Origin: Hemiscyllium ocellatum
Lineage: Eukaryota
DNA length: 64,000 bases
Assembly (NCBI RefSeq): GCF_020745735.1
Contig: NC_083405.1
Location: 52,170,345 to 52,234,344 of the forward strand
Direction of reading: 5' to 3'
Part shown: piece after piece, positions 12,569 to 25,564 of the stretch
Numbering within the stretch: position 1 is the first letter of the stretch
Layout of the letters: every line of letters begins with the position of its first letter
Notes under the pieces: generated by a model
Database searches by the model: none
What the model was told of the DNA's origin: nothing
The model's input: only the letters and a program-made list of their open reading frames with translations
Position numbers and translations under genes: made by a program

Positions 12569-14049
12569 ACAAGGAAGATAGAAATGGAAAATGACCTATA
12601 AAGATGACCGATACAATTTATGAGTAACTTCTGCGCTCAATTCTTGTAAAGGGGAAATTTGCATGGCTTTGGGTAAAGAACATGGGTGTGTGGCTAATTG
12701 AGTTGCTCTTTCAAAGAGCCATAACAGGGATGATTAGCGAAATGCCCTTCTCTGTGCAGCACATGCAACAATTCTCTGATTCAATGAAGCTGTGTCAATT
12801 GGATACAATGTTGTTTGCTCAAAATGAAATGTTACCTTCATTTTGGGCTGCAGGCTAATAATGTGAGGATAAAGAATTGCTGGGGATCGTGTCAGATTTT
12901 CAGGTCCAATATAAGAATGTTTTTGCATCTCTGCATTAGGATGTCCGTGAGGAAATGAAATTTTATGTCACTAGTCAAGAGGTGAGTTTTGTACGATAAA
13001 ATTTAAAGGGCATAGGGCAGAGCATGTGTAATAAATTAAGGGAATTTACCAGCAATACAGTAATGATTGTTTGTGATGCTAATGACAAGATGTTGGTAAC
13101 AGCTGCCAGTTGGCCGTACAACAGCTGTAAGTGTTACATGTGGTTTATTATCATCTAATGATGAGGATGGTTCATTTGACCACAACAAAATCTTACTCCA
13201 AACACAAAAAAACTACTACCTCCTGTTTCATGAGCTTCATGTGCACTTATTGCAAACCTATTTAATATCAATAAAGATTGACCAGTTAAAATGTTGATAA
13301 GCAGCAGTTTGTGAGTTTGTTATTATTGTTTCAGAAGAGTTTGGCTTGTTTATAAGGTGAACCTAGAGTACTGAAAGAGGGGTGGCCCCAAACCATTTAT
13401 GGATTCAGCTGCTTTTAGACCTACAGTATGTTAGCAGCACTGCTTTTGGTTCAGATTTCTAACACATATTGTTTATGTCTTTAATAATCTTGATTCAATT
13501 ACAAATAAAATAATGTTTATTTAAATCATTTGCTCTGCTTTAATTGGTTGTAGTGTTGAAAGTGAGAAGTTAATTGATACTCCATTTGCTCTCCCACATT
13601 GTGCAGTGATGTAACGTCAAAGGTGAAAGAGTAGATTTGACGAGGTTCCAGATGTAGGCCTTTAATCTCCATTTCACTGTTAGATTTGTCTAGTCTTGCA
13701 TACAAGTAGTAGCAGGAATAGAGGACATTTCAGTATCTTGAAAGTCTTCCCTATGATAACACATTCCTCATTCATCATCACCATTGCTAATCCTTATTAT
13801 ACTGAAGTAAGTGCACTTTCAGCATTCTACTATTCTTTGCCTAAAGAGGAAAGAATATTGCTACAAATGTGACAAGATGTGTATGATTTAAACAGATCCA
13901 CCACCACTTGTATGGTAATTTTGTTCACAATTATTTCTGGAGTTAATTCTCCAAAAGGTATTGGTGATATTATTTTTAAAAATTGCATATACATGAAGGA
14001 CAAAAATGCAAAGTGGGATTTCAGCAAGGTAGAACTCAATGCTGCCACT

Positions 14050-14155
14050 ACAGAAACAAAAACAAAATGATGGAAACACTCAGTAAGACCAGCACCATCA
14101 GTGGAGATGGAAAACAGTAAAAGTTTCAGTTCTGTGACATTTCATTAGATCTTTC
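14050..14155 (-). mobile_element. Old Penelope-like terminal-repeat relic with decayed hammerhead
   Basis: Minus strand reads CTAATGAAATGTCACAGAACTGAAAC followed by a degenerate GATGCTG-type block. Confidence 0.45.
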
Positions 14156-14599
14156 TAGTTTAAGGTTACAGACCTCAAACATTATGTTGGATTTTATGGC
14201 TGCTACTTTATCTTTTGTAAAGAGCGAATTCATTTGATTCAGCATCACAACTGACAGACTGAAAACATTTTCTTCACCAGTCACCCACAGTGGGTGACTG
14301 AAGGCATCCAGTCTAATCAATGCTGTGGGGGAAATAAGCTGCATATCACTATATGGGAGCCAGGTCAATGAATAAACACCATTATGGAAATGACAACAAA
14401 TAATCATATTCAAGTTTGTGGTGGAGGTTTTAGCCTTGTGATTTTTAGTTAATGGGCTTCCCTTTGAATTAAGCATGCAGAGAGTCTGTAAGTCACAAAT
14501 GATACTTGAAACTTTACCTTACAGCTGCTCAGATGGCCTAAGGTGTAATTTAGTTTAATTCAACAGTAAGTGTGTAGTTTTACTGTATATTTGTCTGAT

Positions 14600-17310
14600 A
14601 TGTTAAACCTTTGAGTACTAACTTCAGATTAACAATAATTATAGTGGGAAGCTAAAAGATTGGCAAAAAATATGGATTTCACTAGAAGATCAATTCAGAG
14701 ACAAATTAAACTTCCATACTCATCTCCTAGAATTCATGACATTTAGACAGAAGTCAAAAGAATTCATAGACTACTTGTGAGCAAATGTAGAAAAAAGGTA
14801 TATTATGTGACTTTTCAGATAGGGAGCTTGCAAAAAAAAATTGAATTAGTAATCACATCCATCCCCAAGTTTTCTAGAAAGACATTGCATGCTAAGGAAA
14901 TGACTAACGTAAAGAAAAATAAGTGTCAATTAAGTTAGTGGGAATTATAGAAAATAGCATACAACAATTGAACAATTACCAAGAAACTAGTAAAATAATT
15001 CAAGAAATGTAGGACTTTCAAGGACATTAGAAAGTAGCCACATGTTCATGACAGTAGCTTGATGGGAGGACTACTTGAAACATAAGAATTCATGAAGAGA
15101 CAGTGCAAGCAAAAAGAGAAGACTTCGTTTTTGTGAACACAATGAACAAAGAAAACATGTCTTTCTCTGCCATTGAGACAAACCAAAAGTTTTAAAAGGT
15201 GATACACATAAACTATAAGAAATACACATAAGCAGATAGCAGCCATTGTAGGGCAAGTAATAATTAAATTTACTAGTAACTTCTCTTTGAAATGTTGAGC
15301 AAAAATGTTACTAGATTGTGAATAGAATTTTCCTTCAATTGTTTTCAGTAATTGGCAATTTTTTAAAGGTAGTTTTAAATATTGTGCATATAATTAAAGT
15401 AGAATAGGCATATTTTGGTTATCTTTGATATTCCATGATATAATATTCATATTCATTCACAATACATGACTAAGATTTACATGGGGCAAGTGTCAATATG
15501 CTACTCCTACAAATTCAAAGAAATATATACTTATACTGATAGGAAGCCACAATAAACCTCTTTCAGTGTACAATGATTCACTCATCCCATATGCAGGATT
15601 AATAATACTGAAGTGTAGTCAAAATCAATCTGTCAAAATATCAGAAATGTTCTACATCATCAATACTATTGAACCAGCAATTGCAGGTACACCAGAAAAC
15701 TGAAACCATACACTTGTTACAATCCATAGAATCAGTTAAACATCATTAAATACAACAAAAAACTGCAGCAGGCTATTCAAGAACATTGCAGAGCTAAATA
15801 TGATAGGAAAACACTTTCTTCCGAGTTAGTGGAGCTAAAATCTCACCTCATTGCTATGGAGAGAAACAATAAAGTTCAAGAAATAAAGGCTGAACTCTGA
15901 GCTCAACATAAATCCAAATACTTTCTCTGGAATAATAATGTCTTTTAGAGACTTCGCCACACAGTTCATAGTGATGAATGGAGAACTGTTAGATAAATGA
16001 AGAAATTAAAATAAACTGCAAGAACTGCATCATCAACCCAATTAAAACACTACTAGTTCACAGAAAATTTTTGAGAACCTTGTATATAAATCAAATCAGA
16101 CTCAGCAGGAGCAGCTACAGAAACATTGATTTGAGCTCAAATAATGCTGGAAAAATGCCAGAGTTACAAAACTAGGTGGAGGTGTACAGTGCATACAACA
16201 GGAATCTGCATTCCTTTTGACAAGAATGCTGTGGAAAAAGAAAACAAGCAGGATATAGAGAACACCAAACAATGGCTAAAGCAAAAAGTAGAAGTCTCCA
16301 ATCTTATAAAGTCAGAGTCATACAGCATGGAAACAGACCCTTCAGTCCAACTCAGCCATGCTGACCAAGTTTCCCAAACTAATCTAGTCCCACTTGCCTG
16401 CATTTGCCACATATCCTCTAAACTTTTTCTACTCATATAACTATCTAAATATCTTGTAACTCTGGCAGTTCATTCTAAATATGAACCACCCTCTGTGTGT
16501 AAATGTTGCCCCTCAGGTCTCTCTTAAATCTATCTCCTTTCACTTTACAAATATGCACCATAGTTTTGAACTCCCCTAACCTATGGAAAAGACCTTTGCT
16601 ACTCACCTTATTTATATCCCTCATGATTTTATAAATGTCTATAAGGCCCCGTCAATCTCCTAATGCCAGTGAAAAATGTCCCAGACTATCCTTCTAACTC
16701 AAACCCTCCAGTCTTGACAATATCCTGGTAACTCTTTTCTGAATCTTCTCCAAATTAATTATTTCCTTCCTAAAGCAGAGCAACCAGAACCTTACATAGT
16801 ACTCCAAAAGGAAAAGTGTGCTAAACACCTTCTTAACTACCCTGTCTACCTGTACTGCAACAAAGAAACAAAAAAGGGGAAAAGATGTTGAAGATGCTGG
16901 ACAGCTATTAGAGCATGATTGGAAGGACAAAAAATGGGCTAAGAGTATGTTAAAGCTTCCATAGAATTCAAAAAATATAGTGTATAAAAGTAGAAGTTTC
17001 AAAATCACCTGAAAGCTGAAGAAAAATAGTGAACACGAAAACGATTCAAACATCTCAAAGCAACTTGAGAAACAATATCGGGAACAACATTCTGAATAAA
17101 CAAATTCTCAAACAGCAATGATAGTACATGAAAGAAAATCTCAATGATGCGAACAACAACAAACAACATCAATAATTATAATGAGAATCAAAAACACTTC
17201 CAGCCAAAGTCATTGTCACGAGAAAGATATGTCATTAAATTACCGATATGTTTGAGAGATTAATTAGCTCAATTGTCATTACAAATAGCCAAACTTTCTT
17301 TTGGAAAAGA
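14600..17310 (+). mobile_element. Highly decayed Gypsy-like LTR retrotransposon relic (gag, protease, integrase C-terminus), interrupted by a CR1
   Basis: gag-like LEFMTFRQKSKEFID...IELVITSIP (14720-14870); frameshifted protease-like KI(D)(T)GASVNML near 15470-15505; terminal VTR..YVIKLPICLRD* near 17215-17263 resembling TRSGR.IKPP.RL.D; purine tract near 17303. No LTRs identified. Confidence 0.5.
16310..16862 (-). mobile_element. CR1 3' fragment
   Basis: ORF 16694-17053 ends VQVDRVVKK...LEYYVRFW...LEKIQKRVTRILSRLEGLS; 3' UTR homologous to 10825-10960. Confidence 0.88.
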
Positions 17311-19498
17311 AGGTCTTCTTTATGTGGCTGCAATTTGTCTCCGAGAGCACTCACCCTTTAGCTTTCTATGTGCTGTGTGTATATAGTGCAGCGACTCTAC
17401 TTAACAATAACTCTGCAATGAGCCCTCAACCTACACATTGAGAAATCAGTTGATTTGTTGTTATATCTACTTCATAGTTTGTAGTATTATATTTTTACTG
17501 TTTGAAATAAACTAATGCACATGATGAATGATTTATTGTTTGACCATCTCCACTATCATGACATTTCTCCTCCTGCTCACTTCTTCCACCTATGACCCCA
17601 GAGCAGCATTTGTGACTCCAACACCCTTTCTCTGCTCTACTGTACTAGTTTTTGTTTTGTTTAAATTGCATTAATGTTATTCAGTACAGTTTCCTTTTCA
17701 AGCAAGTTGGTTGCCTTGAAGTAAAGTAGACTAGATGCATCATATGTTGATTGGCTTCCCGCTCTGTGCAGAAACAGCCAGCAGCAAGACATGTGCTCGA
17801 CCTCATACCCCAATCATGCTAACAGGGTTATGTATCAAGTTTATGGCCTGTGCACTTCCAATGGAATTGCCATGGGCAAGTTGTAGATTGTAATCCTCAA
17901 CCTGAGAAATGGTGTGAACCACCTTTTAGCCCATCACATTTGTTCCTTCCACCTACTTATTTTTAAGAAAGTAAAGAATAATGTGCGGAGCGAATTGATT
18001 TCAGATTTTGAAAAGTCCAAACCAACAATTCTTATTTTATTCTTAATTTTCCATCCTATCGTTTTTTTTTGTCACCTTTTTAATCCAATTTTTTCCCCAC
18101 TTTATTTCCCTTCTTGGATCTGATGTGATTTTCATTTCATCTGCTTAGAATATTTCACAATTTTAAAATTTTATTGCATGACAGGATACATTGTTTCTGC
18201 ATTCATTCCTACATATCTCAGATACTTTATTGCCCTTGCTATGTTCTTATCTGCATGCACCTCCAGTAACTCTTTTGGCAATTTTTAAAAATAAAGCTAA
18301 GAGCATGCAATTGTAAGCCTGATTAATGGTGCATGCCATGAGATGGCTCATTGTAGCTGAATCCACTCCAATGTATCCCATACACAAAATAAAGTTTTAC
18401 GCATTTATTAAATGTGGAGAGAGAAGTGACCGTGTAAAAGCAACAAAGTAATTCTATCCACATTACATAAATGAATATCACAAAACCATCACTTAATATT
18501 CTAAAGTTAACGTCTACAGAAATACCTTTGACTATCAGACAGACAATTAATAACATTAAAGATTCTTCAAGGTGTAAATGGAACAGAACAGAACAATCAG
18601 AATTACTATACAGTTAGAAAAAGCCACCAAAAAAATTGCTGACATGTCCAGAAAAAGTCACTACACAATCATATTTCAACTGAAATGGGGCAATGACACT
18701 TTTCTCTTTTTTGCAGCCACTGCAGCATGACAAGTGATATAATTAATATGCCATCCATAAGAATAAATTAAAATCTCTGATGGTAAGGTTTCTGACAAAC
18801 ATGCAAACAGAATAGTTGAAGGCATCTGCCAGTCAAAGTGGAATGTTGTGCCCTTTTCCTACCTGGAAAATATTGCATTTAGATCGCAATATTAAAGAAA
18901 GAATCCTTTTTGTTCATAAACGTTTGTCTGATCTCAATGCTGTCTGAACTCTCAGGATAGTTAAAATCCCCTATTATTATATTAACTATCACCTCTCTAA
19001 GTTTCCAAAAAAATTGTCATTCCATCTTCCTGCTATTTAACTGCTTTAATTTACTCCTAGTACAGTAATCAATTCTTAATATTTCCAAACCCTGTGAGGA
19101 TTTGGAGCACCATTATCAGTGTCAAAGTTCCTTTTTAAGGCGACATTGTGTTATTTGTCATCATTGCTAAACCTCTTTTCACATTTCCTTCCATATTTCT
19201 GCTGAAAATGGAATGCTGAACATTTTGGGGACAGGATTTCTGCACACCAGTAGCTCCTTATTGTAAAGTCCTGGTATAATGTTCTTCACCTTGCCTGTAT
19301 TTGGAGTAGGCATTGTTTAAAGTAGGATGCTCATAGTTTTGAAATGATTTCTGAGATTGTTTCCTGTGGCTATTTTCCCATATTAATTAGGTTTCTATGC
19401 TGTACTTGTAATCAAAATGATAAATAACTCTTGCAAAACATGTAGCACCTAGAAAGTAAATAAATGGTGAAACTTCCAAGTTCATTGCATTAATCAAG

Positions 19499-20131
19499 TT
19501 TATGGACTAAACCAGACCACTCAAAACATTCTTAAGCGTGCAACTCAGACCATAACTTTGCAATTTGTTTTGGTAAGTGTACAGTGAGAATTACCCAGAG
19601 TAAGTTAGCTAGGTTGACTACTAGGTTTTAAAACAGACAGAAATTTATTCACAAAATTACAGAATGAAACACAAAGAGCAGAATAACGAACCCTTACAGA
19701 CCTCAATCTATCTAAACTAGACTTAATTATGCTGTTCTGAATATACACAACAGTACTAATAAGCGAACCCCCTTAAAAAATGGAACAGATGCTTGCAGGT
19801 TGAAATGGGAAGGGCAGAAAGAGAAAGAGAGAGAGATTCCACACAGCTCACTGTTGAACTCCCAATGAGTTCTGCACTGAACTGCTCAGCTAGAGAACTG
19901 ACCACTCCCTTTTCATTATTCAGGTCACTTCTAAAACATGATAACTTTGGCCTGAAGTCTCATTTGTTTACATGTCAACAAAAAATCCTTTCAATACCCT
20001 TTAATCTCTATACCAAACCAGTCTAATCAGCACGGGAGACGTTTATGACCCCTCTGAAAAAATAACCAAGGAAACAGTATCCTTGAGAAAAGGAACAGCC
20101 TTTAGAATAAAAAGGGACCAGCTTTGTGACA
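19499..20131 (-). repeat. 3' LTR of the Gmr1-like element
   Basis: Begins TGTCACAAAG on minus right after the PPT; colinear with 24797-25564; terminal CA damaged. Confidence 0.92.
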
Positions 20132-20142
20132 CCTCCTCCCTT
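20132..20142 (-). promoter_or_regulatory. Polypurine tract
   Basis: Minus strand AAGGGAGGAGG directly abuts the TG of the 3' LTR. Confidence 0.85.
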
Positions 20143-20289
20143 GAAAAATGAACCATCACTAGCATAAGATTTTTAAAACCCTTTGAAACGCACTTAGTAC
20201 TCTAAACATACACATACTGCAAGCATGCACAACCACATGCAAATTCAGGCCGCAACACACCCGCCACCAAATGCTCCCCTATCTCATTT

Positions 20290-21330
20290 GAGTCTCAATA
20301 ATGCATTGGCAATTGCGTTTTTGTGACCTACCACATGAACAATTGTCAAATTGAATGGCTACAACAAGCTCCATCTAAACGGTCTGGCATTTTTGTCCTT
20401 AAATTTTCCCACAAAATGTCAATGGGTTATGATCAGTGCATACAATTGTCTCCGATGCATTGCTGGTAACATATAAAATGAAATGTTGCAATGCTAACAT
20501 CGAGCTTAAAGTCTCTTTCTTCGCTGTTGAATATTTCTGTTAATAAACATGCAACTTCCTGGAAAAATGCCTGATGGGTCTTTCTATTCCCTTGTCATCC
20601 TCCTGCAGGAGCACTGCACCAATAGCTATATTGAAAGGCTATGTGTATTCCGATGTGTCTAATACTGGGGCAGTGGTTAACACAGCTTTTAGGCTGTCAA
20701 GTGTCTTTTGTCAGTCCGCTGTCTACTCCCACTGAAACTTCCGACCCTTTTTTAGCAATTTGGTGAGTGGAGCAGCCACACTGCAAAAGTTAGACACAAA
20801 CTTTCGGTAAAATCCGCTCAACTCCAGGAACTATATTTGTTGACTAAAAATCACCAGGTTATTAATGTACACTACACAGTTCAGTAATCTGGCAATAACC
20901 TTATTAATCAGTCTCTGAAAAGTGGCTGGAGCATTTTTCATACCAAATGGCAAGACTTTGAACTGATATAGTCCATTTGGTATTACCAAAGCTGAAATCA
21001 CCTTTGCTCTCTCTGACAGAGGTACTTGCCAGCAGCCTATGAGAAAGTCCAACTTAGAAATGTAAGTTGCTTGTCCCACTTCTTTGACACAATCCTCCAA
21101 CCATGGAATTGGATATGCATCAGTCTTTGTAACAGCGTTGACTTTGCTATAGTCCACACATAACGGTTGGATACCGTCTAGCTTTGGCACCATGACTCTG
21201 GGTGAGCTTCAGTCACTGTAACTCTCTTCAATTATGCCATCTTGGAGCATGTGTCTATCTCCTCTGAACTTGTGCCAATTTTAAAGAGTATGCCTATAAG
21301 GATGTTGCTCAATTGGAACGGCATCCCCTA
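20290..21330 (-). pseudogene. pol: RT and RNase H of the Gmr1-like element (stops and frameshifts)
   Basis: ORF 20831-21193: CVDYSKVNAVTKTDAYPIP, GLYQFKVLPFGMKNAPATFQRL, VVYINNL (YIDD decayed); downstream GAVLLQEDDKGIERPI, TDHNPLTF, RWSL. Confidence 0.92.
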
Positions 21331-22548
21331 TCTCTACATCACAATTAAGTTAGTACTTCCCAGTTTATTTCTGCATATCTCATCATGTGATAGTAATAAC
21401 TCTTTCAGGTCATTTCAATTTTCTTGTGGAAGCTAACTCAATAATTTATCCCATATTTTGACAGCTTCCTCATTGTCCAATTTGATTTGAGGAATGTCCA
21501 ATTCAGAATCCTCTGAACTTGGTTCTTCCTTCTGTGCTGTAATCATTAACACACTCTCCTCTGGCTTTCCTTCCCTATCAACGTACGTTTGGAGCATATT
21601 CACAGGACACACTTTGTGAGATTTGTTCCTGTCTGAAGTCCTTATCAAGTAGTTCACTTCACTCAATTTCATCTCAATTTGATAAGGGCCACTAAATCTT
21701 TCTTTTAAAAGCTCACCTGTTACTGGAAGTAATGCTAATACCTTATTCTCAGTTGCAAAATTGCAAATTTGTGATTTCTTATCCACTTTCTGTTTCATTA
21801 TACGCTGCGATACTTTTAAATGCTGTTTAGCCAACTCTCCAGCTCTATTTAATAATTCTCTAAAATTTAACACATAGTTCAAATGGGTGGTCTCTGAATT
21901 CTGACTTATTAATTTCTCATTAATCCATTTTAATTGCTCGCTTACTTCATGCCCAAACATGAATTCAAACGGACTGAATTTGGTGATTCATTCGATGCAT
22001 ATCTGATTGCAAAAAGTACAAACAGAACTCCTTTATCCCAACTATCTGGATAATCCTGACCATAAGCCCTCAACATGGTCTTTAGTGTTTGATGCCATCT
22101 TTCTAGCACACTCTGCAATTCTGGGTGGTACGCCGTAGATTTGAATTGCTTTATTCCCAAGTTATCCAAACCTCCTTGAATAGTTTGAATATGAAGTTTG
22201 ATTCTTGATCTGACTGGATTTATATTCATAGTCTGTATCTAGTAAAAAACATAAGTAATTCTTCTACAACTCTTTTAGCTGTGATGTTGCATAATGGGAC
22301 CGCTTCTAGAAATCTCATTGATATATCCATTATTGTTAATATATATTTATTCCCATGTTTTGTTTGCAGTAGGGGACCATGTAAAAGATTCCCCAAATGC
22401 TGGAATAGGTATTAAAGGTGCAGGTTTTATTACTGCCTGTGGTTTCTGATTAGCTGATATGTATGACATGTCAGGTAAAATTCAACTATATCCTTGTGTA
22501 GTCCAGGCCACTAAAAATGCCTTTGTACCTTAGCCTGTGTTTTCCTCA

Positions 22549-22988
22549 AAATCTGATTGAAGATTTGTAGCTCGGGTGTCTGTTGTTGTGGTTCTGCTCG
22601 CCGAGCTGGAAGTTTTTGCTGCAAATGTTTCGTTCCCTGGCTAGGGAACATCATCAGTGCTGTTGGAGCCTCATGTGAAGCGCTGCTTTGATGTTTCTTC
22701 CGGTATTTATATTGGTTTGTTCTTGCCGCTTCCGGGTGTCAGTTTCAGCTGCAGTGATTTGTATGTGGGGTCCAGGTTGATGCGTCTGTTGATGGATGTT
22801 CTTGCCGTTTCCGGGTGTCAGTTTCAGCTGTAGTGGTTTGTATATGGTGTCCAGGTCAATGTGTCTGTTGATGGAGTTTGGGGATGAATGCCATGCTTCT
22901 AGGAATTCTCTGGCTGTTCTCTGTCTGGCTTGTCCTATGATAGTGGTGTTTTCCCAGTCAAATTCATGTTGCTGGTTGTCTGAGTGTA
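22549..22988 (-). mobile_element. Poseidon-type Penelope-like 3' fragment inserted in the integrase
   Basis: ORF 22654-22998 HEFDWENTTIIGQARQRTAREFLEAWHS..SINRHIDL (GIY-YIG C-terminus); 9-bp TSD TTTTCCTCA at 22540-22548 and 22989-22997. Confidence 0.88.
22621..22660 (-). ncRNA. Minimal hammerhead ribozyme motif (Poseidon-type PLE)
   Basis: gca-CUGAUGA-U-GUUCCCU(agcc)AGGGAAC-GAAAC-AUU-ugc; perfect 7-bp stem II; G>A change at the cleavage triplet. Confidence 0.75.
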
Positions 22989-23499
22989 TTTTCCTCACTT
23001 CTAAATGACCTTCAAGTGGTTTCTCATCTGTGACTCACAGTGCCTCCTTTCTGTACACCCGGGAAAAACAATTTGATGAATCTCCGCCCATTTCTCATTG
23101 GCTTAAATGTATGATGGCCTCTATTTCCTCACTAAGACATCATTTGTTAAGTAACAACACACAGGGATGCATTCACTCTCCTTCTCTGTAAATGCCTTTT
23201 GATATAATTGTTTTAAGTTCCCATCCTTCTGTTGTAACTCAATAGGCTTAGCAGAGATAAAGATACTTGCATGTTTACCTATCTACTCCTGCTCAGTCTC
23301 ACTTATCTGATCAAAAAAGTCTCAGATAGAGTTACATCAGCTTCCTTATCTGGGCCTTTTGAACTCTCCTGCTTCAACTTGTGCCACTGTGACCTTGTGA
23401 CCACACAATCAGGGAAAGTTCCTGAATAAAAGTCCTTCATTTCTTCAATTGCCTGTGTCTCCTCTGCTTTTTCAACTAGTGTAGGCAACACGCTGACCA

Positions 23500-23790
23500 G
23501 TGAAACAGCTTTATCATTTGCAAGGGCATATTGCATTCCTGAAGCTGAGAGCTTGTCCGGTACATCTATTACAAATTCTCCACTTTTCTCTGGACTCTCT
23601 AGCCCTGCTTTGCACAATTGAGCACTTTTCGTCTCACCATGAATTCCTGTTACCAGCACCTTTTCTGGCAATAGTCCTTCAGGATTACGTATTTCCTCCT
23701 CCTTCAGCATTACTGAGAGGATCCTGTGTCCCTTAATATTGTAACCTCTTCACCCCTACTCCTGGCCTATGTGAATAAACTTTACCTTTG
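23500..23790 (-). pseudogene. pol: Aspartic protease of the Gmr1-like element
   Basis: Minus strand ILRDTGSSQ near 23710-23740; ORF 23303-23710 continues the PR-like region. Confidence 0.8.
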
Positions 23791-23945
23791 CATGTATACT
23801 TTTTAAGCGGATCTGGCTCTTCCTCCTTCATCAACCTCTGTACACTCTGAGGCAGTTGTCTAACTTCCCTTGTGCTTTTTGTTACTAGTCTAACAAAACT
23901 TCAAGGCTTGTCTGGTTTTCCTACATAAGGCTTTCTCCTTGCCTG

Positions 23946-24700
23946 TCAACACTGTGATTTCATGTGGCCCACTTTATTACAATTAAAACACCAGAGCTTT
24001 TTAACTTCTTTGTCTTTCTCAATGGTTTCTTTTTTAACCTGTGGTAAGTTATCCTCATGATCTTCACTGAGATCTACCTTTCCCTTACCACATGAAGATT
24101 TCTCTATTCCCCAATTTCTGTCCCTTATGGACTGAAATTGATTTTGGAAGCCAAACTGAGTTTTATGGACCAGCTCATCATCATCAGCCACTTCAGCTGT
24201 CTAACCTTGCCATTTTAAATCTCTGCTCTTCCACATGAGTTCACATTACTTCCTCACTCAGGTTACCTTCAGCCTTCATCTCCAGCATTTTAAGCTGACT
24301 TTCCTTTTTAAGTGTAAGTTTTTGAAGTTCAAAAGCTCTCTCTTTTTCCATCTCTTCTGCTGCTCTCTTTTTCGCTGTTCTGCTGCTCTCTTTTTCCCTC
24401 TCTTCTGCTTTTAGTTGTAACTCAAACTACTTCATTTCTCCTGCCCTTTCCTGATCTCTCACCTCTAACTCAAGCTGCTTCATTTGCAATTGAATTCTTG
24501 TGATCTCTATAGACACTAATTGTTTCTCCAGCAAGTTTAAATGCTGAGCTACTGCTGTAATTATCTCTCCTTTCCTCACAGAAGCAGACATTTCCAATTC
24601 CAGCTTGTATGCTAATTCCTACAGCTTGGTCTTTCACAAAACTTCCAAAGTCACTGCATCCACATCCAGAAAACTTTTGGTGACTGAAAGAGCCATTACT
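23946..24700 (-). pseudogene. gag: gag of the Gmr1-like element with an internal deletion
   Basis: Zinc knuckle CFNCNKVGHMKSQC (ORF 23946-24191); ADDDELVHK motif; E/K/R-rich coiled-coil N-terminal region 24290-24500. Confidence 0.8.
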
Positions 24701-24774
24701 ATCACAAGCTTTGTCTACCCAACCAAGCCAACACGCGAAATAAAGACACTAGCACCTACCACTCACTGTTTAAA

Positions 24775-24794
24775 ATCCTGCAAAGAGCCTTCAA
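24775..24794 (-). promoter_or_regulatory. Degenerate primer-binding site, tRNA-Pro-like
   Basis: TTGAAGGCTCTTTGCAGGAT just after the 5' LTR resembles TGGGGGCTCGTCCGGGAT. Confidence 0.5.
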
Positions 24795-24796
24795 TC

Positions 24797-25564
24797 TGTT
24801 ATGGACTGGGCCAAACCACTCAAAACATTCTTGAGCAGGCAACCCAGACTATAACTTTGCAATTTGTCTCAGTAAGTGCACAGTGAAAATTACCAGGAAT
24901 ATGATAACTAGGTTGACTACTAGATTTTAAAACAGACAGAAACATATTCACAAAATTACACAATGAAACACAAATAACAGAATAAAGAACCCCTACAGAA
25001 CTCAGTCTAGGAGAAAGTGAGGCTGCCCTTCTCCTTTGATGCTGGAAGGGCTTATGCCCGAAACGTCAATTCTCCTTCTCCTTTGATGCTGCCTGACCTG
25101 CTGCGCTTTTCCAGTAACACATTTAGAACTCAGTCTATCCAAACTAGACTTAATTACGCTGTTCCATATATACACAACAGTCCCAATAAGCAACCCCTTT
25201 AAAACACAATTAAAAAATGGAACAGATACTTACAAGTTGAAGGTGGAAGGCAGAAAGAGAAAGAGAGAGAGTTCCCACACAGCTCACTGTTAAACTCCTA
25301 ACGAGTTCTGGACTGAACTGCTCAGTTAGAGAGTTGACCATTCCCATTCCATTATGCAGGTCACTTCTAAAACATGAGCACTTTAGCCTGAATTCTCATC
25401 TGTTTATATATAAACAAAAAGGCCTCTCGATACCCTTTAATCTCTATACCAAACTAGTCTAATCAGCACCAGGAGCCTTTACCACCTCTCTGAAAAAAAC
25501 AAAGACACGGTATCTTAGAGAAAAGGAACAGCTTTTAGGAAAAAAAGGGACCCACTTTGTGACA
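24797..25564 (-). repeat. 5' LTR of the Gmr1-like element, carrying a 115-bp PLE insertion
   Basis: TGTCACA...CCATAACA on minus; longer than the 3' LTR mainly because of the insert at 25010-25124 plus its TSD. Confidence 0.92.
25010..25124 (+). mobile_element. Mini-insertion derived from a Neptune-type PLE terminal repeat (half hammerhead)
   Basis: 13-bp TSD AGAACTCAGTCTA (24997-25009, 25125-25137); absent from the sister LTR; contains GAAGGGCTTATGCCCGAAACGTC. Confidence 0.92.

Larger units (their letters stand above)
21640..23100 (-). pseudogene. pol: Integrase of the Gmr1-like element, upstream of RT, interrupted by a PLE fragment
   Basis: H2C2 region HLEVRK/TQAKVQRHF*WPGLHKDIV..LTCHTYQ; core STAYHPELQSVLERWHQTLKTML..WDKGV.FVLFAIR; GPY/F motif RFSGPYQI. 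Confidence 0.9.
19499..25564 (-). mobile_element. Gmr1-like (Ty3/Gypsy group) LTR retrotransposon, both LTRs, decayed internal region
   Basis: Direct repeats 19499-20131 and 24797-25564; CAAG on both sides (19495-19498, 25565-25568); domain order on minus strand gag/zinc knuckle, PR, IN, RT, RNase H. Confidence 0.93.

Noticed and set aside
14126-14476. 116-aa minus ORF as a host exon
   Set aside because: No recognisable domain, ends in a PLE relic, and splice sites are not convincing.
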